DNA of 63,708 bases, filler included, from Sphacelaria rigidula (lineage: Eukaryota), in NCBI GenBank assembly GCA_964200075.2. It is 4 parts of 4 records of this genome, joined end to end, with 100 filler letters (N's around TTAATTAATTAA, not from the genome) between each part and the next. Parts side by side here need not be neighbours in the genome. Positions count along the whole stretch, not along the records: positions 15,960 to 31,811 come from CAXNAA020001567.1; positions 31,912 to 47,760 come from CAXNAA020001568.1; 2 more parts are not named here. One strand, written 5' to 3'. Numbering within the stretch: the stretch's first letter is position 1; each line of letters opens with the position of its first letter. The notes under the pieces were generated by a model. That model was given only the letters and a program-made list of their open reading frames with translations. It ran no database searches and was not told the DNA's origin. The translations under genes and the position numbers were made by a program. This document shows positions 26,201 through 36,900 of this stretch, in pieces.

Positions 26201-26979
26201 CTGTACTCTTCGCTGCATGCATTCATATGCCGTTTGATGTGCGTGGTGTTTATTTTATGTCACCACGTGTGACGCTTCAAGCGCCTGCGCTTTGTGTCGC
26301 TGCGTTGGTATGTCCAGGCTTGCTATCCCACTCGGAGGACGCCAAGAACGAACGGAATTGCTCCCCTTTCGAAGCGGGTCTCATTCTAACCGGTGAGCAT
26401 TTCTGTCGCGTCGTGACTCAACTTATCGAAAGGGAATTGAAATCACAGTATTTTCCCTCTGGAGATTGCATTCCTGAAAGCACTCACCCCACCCATAATT
26501 GTCTATGCGGCTGGGTTCGACTGTCAACACCTAAATGTAATGGACTGACAAGGCGCGTGCTCCAAGACATCATACAAGTACTGTACGTTCCGCTGTATGC
26601 TCTCTATGAACGTCGGTGCTTTTGTTTCCTCCGACGAACAAGAGAGCATCTTCCTTCAGGTGCACATGCGAAATTACTGCGTTAGTTTTCACCATCTGGG
26701 CTGTCGAGTATTTTCTACAAAGTGGCAATATAACAGGAGATGGAAAACACAGGTACCCGCCCATTTCAAATCAAGACGTACTTTTGATTCCCACGCGCTG
26801 TGGCGGCACCTCCACGCCCCATGTCCCCGTAGTCTGGCGTTTCAAAGGGCTAACGGTAAGTCCGCCCACAATTTCAACAAACAGGATCGCCTCCAGGCAA
26901 CCTTCCTCACAGCTTCGTGGGGGATTATATCAGTCGTGCTGACATTCCGGTGCTCACCGTCGCGGTGTCAACAACAAAG
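23214..26979 (+). CDS. BioD-like (AAA_26) plus DRTGG-domain protein, resembling the N-terminal region of phosphate acetyltransferase; partial (first and last exons not found)
   Basis: Nine phase-compatible GT-AG exons: 23214-23298, 23900-24013, 24156-24252, 24490-24659, 24935-25001, 25322-25439, 25863-25984, 26318-26392, 26885-26979. They encode VSYMKPVGQ, VDKDV, DFVVVEGTGHTGVGSIVGLNNADVA, LVANGGLGS, VLLNKV, LLGVVP, VTHASRNDIILG, GLILTG and IPVLTV. Confidence 0.88.
26077..26163 (+). mobile_element. Short poly(C)-tailed retroposon with 16-bp TSD
   Basis: Flanked by direct repeat CCCCCTGACCTCAACA (26061-26076 and 26159-26174); body near-identical to 47961-48034 and 52962-53040. Confidence 0.85.
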
Positions 26980-27602
26980 GTGAGTCAAGTTGTTGAACGC
27001 GATTGTTGCCACTGTAGTGTGATCCTTGGTGGTAATCATGCATGAATGGTTTGGTGACGTCATGATCACTGCTCACCCGGATGCAAGTACAGAAGTGTTC
27101 TAACATCTCTACAATTGCTTGGCTATCGAGCTGTGATCGATGCAAAGCATAGTGACCAGATACCCGCTTCAAACATTGATTTCCTTTTCTCAATTTCTCC
27201 GTCGGTTTCATCCCCAGTGATGACAAAGCGGCAGTTTCCTGATCAACGGTCTGGTCCCACGAGTTACATTCCACATTCCATCTCAATATATCGTCTGTCC
27301 CAACAGCACTGTAATGGTCCAATATCAAACACCCAACATCATCCCCGTGTAGAGCAGGTTCACGTCTACAGTGCAATGTAGTCTTCGAGTATGTGCCGTG
27401 TCAGCCCTGATCATACGCTGAGCTGCCTCAAGCAAGCAGCAGTGCTGGTTTCCAGGTCCATATGCCAGATCGAACAAGGAAATCTGAACCATGCACGGAC
27501 TCGCAAGAAAAGCTTGCTTGTTCGTGAAAAGACGAGCGCAAATGGCGAAAGTGGAAATACCGTAAAACAGAGAAAAGGCATATTTGGAAATCGCTGTGGA
27601 AA

Positions 27603-27969
27603 ATGTGTGTGTTGTATGCTGTCATCCCATCTTTTCCGCACGCCAGTCTACATCGTTGGGTCCATGTGGGCACATCAGCCAGGGTCACGCCGGAGTGGGG
27701 TCAACACAGGGGTTTCTATTTGCATTGCGTCCTTAATACCCCACCTTCATTATGCGGTGCCTGCCTTTAATTTTATCGCGAGAAGGGTTCAGCGCTTCAT
27801 TTCCGTCATCGACCGTGAACTCGAACTTTGTGTGCCCATGACATTGTCGTTCTCCATCATTAGGCATGATGTGAGAAAAAATCAGAACGTGTGACTTTAC
27901 CGAGATCCGAACCCACGTCCCAACCGTCAGAAGGTTTCGAGTTTTACCAACTGAGCCATCGGGGCAACC
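27603..27969 (-). mobile_element. Full-length tRNA-derived SINE
   Basis: The reverse complement reads ggttgccccgatggctcagttggtaaaactcgaaaccttctgacggttgggacgtgggttcggatctc, then body and CA-rich tail. Confidence 0.8.
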
Positions 27970-28809
27970 GACTCGTGGAAGAGTGGACTTTGTGATTGGT
28001 ACGAGACAGGGAAATACTGGCCATGAACAGATGAAAAACACGGCATTGCCCCGTCAAAAACAAGAAAGGCGCTGGCAAGTTGTCAGCAGCTAGAAGGGGT
28101 ACAGCTCAGAAACCGAACACTGGTCAGCTCTTCGACAGGGGGCGTTGCCTCGACACAGTTTCACAAGTTGACAATTCAGGGACATTCGGGGGTTTCCAGG
28201 GGGCAGGGGCCTGTTCGCACAACAGCCGAAAAGCTCACCAAGTCGACCATGTGTGTTGAGAAGTTTCCCACGGAAAATCATCAGCCAGGAACGAGGCCCG
28301 AGAGGAGGCGAGAGACAATTGTGACCAATCATGGCTATCGAAATGGTCACTTTGTTTCCCTACAGATGGACTACAGTTGAACCACTTGGCTGTGTAGCCG
28401 TGTTTCTCATCCTGGTCACGACAGCTCAACCATACATGACATGGGCACGAATGACACGAATGACGTGCTTTCTACTCTGTCCGTGGTCAATGGCGCCTGC
28501 CTGACCCCTCATGTGTTGCAAGCATAGCTTCACACTAATGCTACAGTGGAACACGAAGTAGAGACATGAGCAGCATGCCGTAGACTGTGTTCGGTGAAGA
28601 GCGATGGCATGCAGCACAAATACTGACTGCACGCAATAGACTGCAGGGTAAAAGCCGGTCAGAGGTTCTCCGGGACTATTTTCTACAGATTGCTCTGCTT
28701 CGCATCGCGCGTCCAATTTTGCTATCCACTCTTACATTGTAATGGAATGGAAAAGGGACAGAACATACAGACGCCCTCAATGAAAAAGAGCAAGAACGGC
28801 ATACAATCA

Positions 28810-29250
28810 TGTAAACAGTCAGCAACAGCACATTTTCGGTTGCTATTTGACACGCACGAGACCACCTTTCATCCATACTGGATGGATTTCCGTCGAACAA
28901 AGGCTGTCTTGTGTGGATGATGAGCCAGCGCTTGAACAATCCGCGTGAGTGGTGGGTGTCTATGCGTCGGTTTTTGTGACTCGGTGTTTCGGCGCTGTGC
29001 TACCTCGTTGCGCCTTGTCCGCAGCACTGTAGAAATATTGGACTAACGTCGACTTTCAGAACCACCGCGTTGTTTACCTGTGCACAGATCTGGGCTTCGA
29101 TCTAGACATGACTGCTTGGCTAGCACTACAACTGTTGAGGCACTCTCGAGCGCACATCGCACCGTGATCGTCGTAGAGTATTTAGATGCACAACACCACA
29201 GCGACAACTACAGCATAGAAATGATGAGTGTGGGAAGTGCCTTGTTCGTT
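28810..29250. repeat. Dispersed repeat shared between contigs
   Basis: About 28810-29105 matches the reverse complement of about 62660-62960; about 29164-29250 matches about 692-776. Confidence 0.7.
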
Positions 29251-29398
29251 TGACTCGAGACGAAATAGCCAACACACCATGCAAGTGTAATGCGTGAGAG
29301 GAAAACGGTCAAGCGATAAAAAAACAGGGAAACATTCCGACCACCTGACTATTTTTGTAAGCATGCAGCAGTATCAGCGGCATATAACGTAACGGGCC

Positions 29399-29540
29399 AG
29401 GTGCATGGGTAATGTCGCACGACGAAACGCGGACCGCCTCCCGCACGAGAAGCAGCAGCAGCAGCAGTAGCAGTATCAGCAGCATATTTATTGCCAGTAA
29501 ATGTACGCGACTGGTGGTGGGTCGGAATCAGCCGGTGCCG

Positions 29541-29576
<36 letters not shown>

Positions 29577-30027
29577 ATCGTAGACGGTCCGCATTTCGAC
29601 CGTGCGATAACACCCACGCACCTTGCGAGTGATAGCCAGTGTGCTGGACAGCGCTGGGTACGTACTACCCGCCGATGGGCCCATGATTGCTCACTCGGCG
29701 AAGTTCTGGGAGATAAAGCTGTGCGCGTCTCTCTGTGGGAGCTGTGCACGTGGAGTGTGTCTCCCACGCGTGGCTACTGCAACAAGAGAAGCAGCTGATG
29801 CATACTGTATACAGTCCGTGTTCAGGTTCTAAAAAACACTGCAGAATTGTGTTGTGTTCAGTGTAGTACCCTGTACTCCATATAATGGGGTCACGTTTTG
29901 GGCAGTTTTTCGAAAAGTTCTGCTTGTTTTTTTTCAAGTATTCTGAAAATAACGGGACTTTTCTGTCACAGAAATCCAATGCCGAACTTGGAATAGCCTG
30001 AGACAACAACTAATTTGAAAATTGGAA
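29399..30027 (+). mobile_element. CAG/CTG foldback element, second copy
   Basis: Hairpin 29399-29623 colinear with 20606-20866; ends in the shared ...tgagacaacaactaatttgaaaattggaa terminus. Confidence 0.8.
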
Positions 30028-31364
30028 CATACATGCCTAATATTCAAATGTTCATGGAACAAGGCGTTTTGTATAGCGAGAGAGGAACAACTATGAACCC
30101 CAAATGTGGCATAGTTCATCATTAGACCATCTGAGGGCGGCTCGCTGGGTAAGAGTTGACTGTGAAGTTCAGTACGAGCTGGGCCAGCAGCAAATCCCGC
30201 ATTATTAGCATGTGACACCATAACTGAACAAGTTTACCAAATCAGCCCGACATGAGAATATCGGTGTGACCTGCAGACCAACGTGGTAACGCACGGGACC
30301 GCCGCTGAATGAAGAAAAAATGAAAGAAAATGTACTGCATAATGTATCACCTAACCGACGGAACAAAGAATAAACGGTATCCGTCGGGATTCGGACTTGT
30401 GACCTCCATAAGTGGAGTCAACTGCATCACTTGGGTTTAAGGAGCGCAGTTGTGCGATACGAAAAGTTGGATGCTGGGCCGAATTTCTGGAAGTTTTGGC
30501 CGAAACTCCACCAGGATCTCCACACAAGGACGCACAACTAGACTAGGGATGCCCACGTATTCTGTCATATTCCACGAAGTTCTAGCATTTTTCTAGTTTT
30601 GCAGGAGCTTCGAACCGCTCCAAGTTTGTTTTTTCTTGGCATCCTCCAATGATGACCAAAATCTTCTGTCAATGTTTCAGCGCCCAACGCTTCGGACTAC
30701 CCACCGCCCGGCCCGGATACATCCGCAAATCACTGTCAGCTGGCCCAGCGCTCGTAGTCACTTTCGGTTCGTCCATACAGTCAGTGTGACGTTTGTGATG
30801 ATATCTTCATGGACGAACACTCGTGGGGCAAGATCTTACAACCTTGACGGTGGTCGATCTGCTCCTGCTAGCCAGGAAAATTGCACCCTGAAGCCATCGT
30901 GTTATACAGTGTTTCTTTCTTGACGGTCCTTTGACGTAACATGAGAAACCTGCGACCGTGCTACGTACAGACGTCCAACTAAAATATTACATCATCGGTA
31001 ATAAATTGAACAACAGGTGGCGTCACTACTTGAGAAATTCTAATTTGAGGCGAAGCTTGAATCTTATTCTTATCGCCGAGTCAAGCAAAATGTCTTGAAG
31101 CCAATTTCTTACTTTCCGCACACGCGCAATGATGATTTCTATCAAGGCTAGTTTATTTTTCTTCCTGGGCGCGTACAAAATGGTGGAATTATTGAAGGCA
31201 AACATTTTTTCTACAAACGGATGTCTTCGTATAGTACAAGGTAGCAATGCGTTTTGTTTTTTTTGCTGTGTTGCTTGGACAGATTATCTGCAGGGGTCTC
31301 GCAGTATACAACAAAAACAAGTGGTTCGGCAGTGCAGTCGTAGTGTACTGTTTTGCTGTGCAAG

Positions 31365-31571
31365 AAAATTCGACTTAACGATCGACGAGGGAAAGCGAGT
31401 GCTGAACCCCTCTCGCGATAAAGAGTAAAGGCAAGCACCGCAGAAGGAAGGTGGGGTACTAAAAAAAAATAATACACAAAGTTCCTGTGTGACCCCGGCT
31501 GGTGCGCCCACATGTACCGAAAGGTGTAGACCGGCGTCCAGAATAGGTGGGACGACAACACACAACACACA
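31365..31571 (+). mobile_element. 5'-truncated tRNA-derived SINE
   Basis: aaaattcgacttaacg.tcgacgagggaaag...ctgaacccctctcgcgataaa...gggacgacaacacac, matching about 19152-19370. Confidence 0.8.
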
Positions 31572-31811
31572 AATAAAATGTACACAAGTACAATCACATC
31601 GAGGTGAATAGCAGTACAAGTATCATAATGTATCATACATGATATATTACGTACCGGTATATTAGAGACAAGATAATGATGAACAAAAAATGTAGTCACA
31701 GCTCGTTGTATTTACTGTATATATATGTCTAACTAAGATTACGTGTGAATGCTCCCGTGCAAGCAGGACAATTAGACCTACTCATAAAACAGTACACTTA
31801 ACAAACCCCTT

Positions 31812-31911
31812 NNNNNNNNNNNNNNNNNNNNNNNNNNNNNNNNNNNNNNNNNNNNTTAATTAATTAANNNNNNNNNNNNNNNNNNNNNNNNNNNNNNNNN
31901 NNNNNNNNNNN
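31812..31911. other. Artificial contig linker N44-TTAATTAATTAA-N44
   Basis: Identical 100-bp spacer. Confidence 0.97.
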
Positions 31912-32746
31912 CTTCTGGTGTTCCTGAAATCCCCACAAAATCATCAGCGAACATCAATCCTGATACCATATCCTCACCCTCAGAGAGGGGGAGGGGGGAG
32001 GGGTGTAATGGCCTGTAATTGGTGGGGTACATTGTTATGTGCTGTCTATAAAATATGATTGGAAAGGCCTAGCGGAATTCTGACCATGCTTTGAGTTGCT
32101 CGACAGTGTTTTCACGTTACGGAGCCATGATCTAAATAACGATGGAAAACGACATCATAAAAATTGACAAGGATGGTTCGCGCAATTTACAACGGTTTTC
32201 ATGTGCTGTACAGAATGAGAGATCATGAAGACCGTTCCAAGTGTCATATTTCATGACCCTGTGACCATCATTTGAAGTGTCATATTTTCCAATCGGCGGA
32301 GGTCTCGAGGTAAGCATGAGCTTTCTTTCAAACTACTGTTATTCGCAGCACGAGACTCGACCTGAGAAATCCAGCAGAACAGCAGCTACTGATTTGAGTT
32401 TCGAAGCTCAAGCGTAACCTGCGTCGGGTAGATCTAGACGCCAACTCAAACCGTTGAATGTAAAATAGGTGTCCGCTACTACTGTACTCCAGCAAGAATG
32501 AAAATCACACCTGTCTCGCCATCATTCGAATCCATATCTCCTCTGGTGCGTGCCTGACACCACACTCAGTACACCTTCAATAGCACCAGTACAATCGACA
32601 GACAGTAAGACCACTTACGAACACCACTGCACCCTACGGTCGGTATGTACGATTGGCACGTCCACTTGACCGAGCAAAAGATCGACCGAAGAAAACTAAA
32701 TCCACAAGTGATTTCTCCCGCAATAATGATGATGCAACAATCTCAC

Positions 32747-33118
32747 CTGTAGAAAGTACCGCCCATCGGTCCATAATAGTGCCTCGTTCGCAGTCACCAA
32801 GGCCGTGCCTGCGGATCCATTGAACCCTGTTAACCACGCTCGTCTCTTATCATGCTCTGAAACGTATTCGCTCTGATGGGCATCTTGCGTCTCTACTAGG
32901 TAGGCCGAGAGACCCCGCGTTTTCAAACTTTCCCTCAGTTGCGACAGCCGCTTTTCTGGTGGCGACCCAATATCGTTGAAGGAAGTATTCGCGACAAAGT
33001 TATCGACAGCGTTGCTGCCCGATGGGGCAGTAGCCACTGCAGCAGAACACGGGCTTCCATTGCTGTCATTGCCTGAATTGAGATGAGCCAGGCGGGCTTT
33101 CTTCAGCACGGACGACAT
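32747..33118 (-). CDS. Xaa-Pro aminopeptidase (aminopeptidase P, M24B), 5' exon encoding the creatinase N-terminal domain; remainder probably beyond the contig end
   Basis: RLSQLRESL..LSAYLVETQDAHQSEYV..DKRRAWLTGFNGSAGTALVT..ALLWTDGRYFLQ followed by donor CAG|gtgaga. The start ATG at 33118 is the first in-frame ATG and is uncertain. Confidence 0.9.
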
Positions 33119-33947
33119 TTGGGTTCTTGTAAAAGGGGGAGCGGACAGCACTTGCTAGCAGACTCTTCGGTGAAAAATGCGGTCATGGACTTACGGGTAT
33201 CGAAACACTAAAAGAGTCGTAAATCGACACGTGCTTCGGGTCTGATGTTCATAAGATGGGCTAGCTGTTGTTGTTGAAGTGAAAAAATGACCTTATCTAC
33301 ATCTTCCGGTGGACACCAGGGATCCTCCATTGGTAGAAGTACTACATGTAGAGCGTAACCCCGCTATCTCACAGTGTATATACATATCATAATGAACTCC
33401 ACGCCCTGATTTGTGCGTTTCTCTTCATCCGTTGAAATCGGCATCAAATAAATTAATTGAAAACATGGAGATATCTCTCAGATATAATACAGGGTGTATG
33501 TACACAATCTCGACAGACTTCGCCAGGTGTGCGCCCACGCAGTAATATTGTAGCATACCGAAATTATGACATATATTTGTTGCAGAGGAGAAGCCCTGAA
33601 TTTTTCGACACCATATCGCACAGTAGAAAATAATAACAAAGAAATGTGTGCTCAGAGCTATAACTGGGCATGGAGCTGGAGCCTTATCATCCCTATTTTG
33701 TTACAATCAACGGGATATGTCAAGGTAGCTAGGTGTGACAATGAAAAACAAGAACTATTTTTAATAACTAAAATAGTACCGCAAACGCCTAGTCATGCAC
33801 TTGGCTCCTGGCAGCTGGTCTGCCATCCACCCACCACGTCCATCGTAGTCTGTAATAGCGACCTGTAGCCCCCGTCGCTAGCTCACCACCGACCGCACCG
33901 CGTTCGGTACAGAAATACCAGGCTAGCTTAGTGGACCAGCTGCAATT

Positions 33948-36900
33948 ATGGGAAAGGATAAGGTGTCAAAGAAGTCGTCTGAGGGCAAGAAAGCAAAGAA
34001 AAGCAAAGATGTAGTGGCCAAGAGTCCACCCAAGCCCGTGAAGGTCGCTAAGGCCGACAAGTCCTCGGGAAAGAAAAAGGAGAAAGTCGCCAAGGTCAGC
34101 ACCCCCGCTTCAGGCAAGAAGTCTAAAAAGTCCAAGGCTCCCCCCCCGCCGCCATCATCCAGCAGTGAGGAGGAGTCTGAGGAGGAGTCTGAGGAGTCTG
34201 AGGAGGTGGGTGAAAATAGGAGTCGAGCTCAAAACATGACGGTGTTCGGCTTGCAACGGGTGTCTGTCCTTTCATCATTTTCATAATGAGCGCTCACAGT
34301 GTTTCAGACCTGTGGTGTCCAGCGCATCTGCCCGTTGCACTAATCGTGGGGTAAAGGGGCATAGATCGCAGGAGGCGATTGATTTGGTCGGCGTGATGTT
34401 CACGAACTTTTATTTTCAAGTCTTTGTTGGTGCCGCTTCTTCGTGTGGTGGTGTAACTCGCTCCTTGTACTTTTGTAACGGATGGTTACACCCACACATG
34501 CAGCACAACCCAATCAAAACACTGAAGGACTGTACTACAGTACTCCCTCACGTGCAGTCAGTAGCGTTATTCGTAGTAGCAATAGTAACCCCATCTAATT
34601 GGAGCAGGCCTAGTAATGGCTACTGCTTCCTGCTCCCATGGCGTTCGGGACGCAACGAGGAATCAAGGTTCCCATGAAGGGACTTTCACAATCTTACTCG
34701 TAGCGGGTCCCCTGCTCAAAATAACTCGACATCATGATGTTCGAGGAACCCGCTTGGACGGGAGTACAGCGGTGATGACCGATCGAGTGGGTGTGCGGAG
34801 CCCAACCTGAGGAAACATGGTATATTCCATCACCTGAAGGCTACTGTGAAAACATGTTACGCAAAGGGGGTGAGGAGCACATGTATTGGAGGCGCATTGC
34901 ATACCGCCTGTGCCATTGTCCTCCCCACGGAGGTTTCTCGGGGGCCGCATGAGTGAGATTGGTCGGGGGCGTTTTCCGGCACACATACCGCAGCCGGCAT
35001 CCGTGAAATCACTAGTCGAAAGTCGACATGAGTGGTGACGGTTCGCCCGCATCTCACTCAAGGGCACAGATCCCGGGAGGTTGTAACGAAACTTAGCAGG
35101 GAAATGGGACACTGAGACAATCGGTGGGGACAGAACAGCATAGACATCATGACAACAGATGCTGAATTGTGATGTCGGGGTGTGGTCTGGCTGGTCCCGT
35201 GTGATGAGCTTCCCGTGCTTGCCAAGCTGTTGAGCGGGTTCGCGTCATTTTCGAAACGTTGATGTTGATCGACGTCATGTGCAAGTGTTGGCGCAAGTTC
35301 CCGTTTTCTCATCGACGGCTGTCGGTAATGTTTTGGCTGTCGAGTAGATGCCATATTTCTGTCTCTTGAGCGACGCGAACTCAGAGATTGTTGGCCGCTC
35401 CCGGCACAACGCCAGAGCGTGTTGTTTTTGTGTCCGCTCAAGGAGTAACTACTGCATGCACATACATGGCCTTCATGCGGGTTGCTCAATTCAAAGAGCC
35501 TCCCCCTCCTTTCCCCTGGTTCCACTTTCCTTGCAGGAGAAACCAAAGGCTGCGATGAACGGCAAAAAATCGAAGGACGCGAGCTCGAGCTCGTCGGAGG
35601 AGGAGTCCTCAGAAGAGGAAGAAGTGAGCTATCTAGTTGGGCGAACATGAATGTTCTGATTGATGATTTTCTCACGTTAGCTGATTGCACTGTCGAGCCA
35701 TGCCGGACGTCTCGTTTTACGTCAACAGTACGAGGAAAACATTCATGATTGGATTGCACATGACATCCGGTCGGGTCATCCGCTGCTGCTTTTGTACTCG
35801 CGCGCTGCTCATCACTTCACTGAACACATCGTCGTGATGATATAAGCCTGTACAGAACGTGAATGCTGTACAAAGATCCGCTGTTGATGTGTTGCGAGAC
35901 CCCGCCTTTCCTCTCTCGAAGCGGTGCGGTGCGGGTCTCGAGCATGGAGATTCCCTCACGAGGTTGCAACATGTGCACCATGAAGTAGGGGAGGTACTCC
36001 GACATCGTTCGATATATATGTCGCCGCTAACCCTCCGAGATGCGCGTGCCGCTGACTTCATGGATGCATTTTCGACTTGATCTGATTCGCTGTTACACAG
36101 AGTCCATCGTGGTCATGTAGTTGGAGTAGGCTCGCCGGAGGTGCGTGGCGAAAACCAAGAACTGTATGGTCCCTCTCTGGCGAGAATTCGAGCAGAGATA
36201 TGAGACGACAATCTGACATGAGCCGGATCATAAAAAAACCCTGGGGAAAAACCCTACACGTCCCTGCGGAGTTTTTGGACAGAAGATCGTACTACGAGCG
36301 AGATCGAGAATATCAACCCCGATTGTCCGTTCCTCACAACGAAATTTATTATGGCCACTCGACAGTAACATACATCATAACGTGCGATATTATTCCGAAA
36401 TGATGATGTCAACATGAACGATGAGAAAGATTGTGCCTCGGTCGCGCGGTAAATGATTCAAGCCCCGACCGTCGCGGCCTATCTCAGGAAAAGCCGAAGG
36501 CAAAGGCGAAGGTGGAGGTCGCTGCTAAGAAGAAAAAGAGCGATGACGACAGTTCTGACGATGACGATGACGACGATGACAGCTCTGATGAAGAGGAGGT
36601 TCCCAAGAAGGCCGCGAAGGCTAAGGCAAAGGCTGCCCCTGCCAAGGCAAAGAAAGCTGCCGCCAAAAAAGAGGAGTCATCCAGCGAGGAAGAATCGGAC
36701 GAGGACTCCGATGATGACTCTGAGGTGAGTGAGCTTTGTCTGTCGTGGATAACGAGTGAAACAATTTCCCACACACACACTTCCTGTCAACTTACTACAG
36801 GCGGTTGAACGAGGAACGCGTACGTCAAGATACAGATGAGGCCTTTTCTGGGGTATTTTACCCCTCGGTCACTCTTGTGCGGCCGCAGTTGAGTTTGCTA

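Noticed and set aside
34772-34837. GTGATGA..CTGA..CTGA in nucleolin intron 1 as a C/D snoRNA
   Set aside because: Canonical boxes are present, but the terminal stem is weak and the best rRNA complementarity is only about 8 nt and out of register.
35650-35684. CTGA-TTGATGA..CTGA in nucleolin intron 2
   Set aside because: No upstream C box or terminal stem; the guide match is only about 8 nt.
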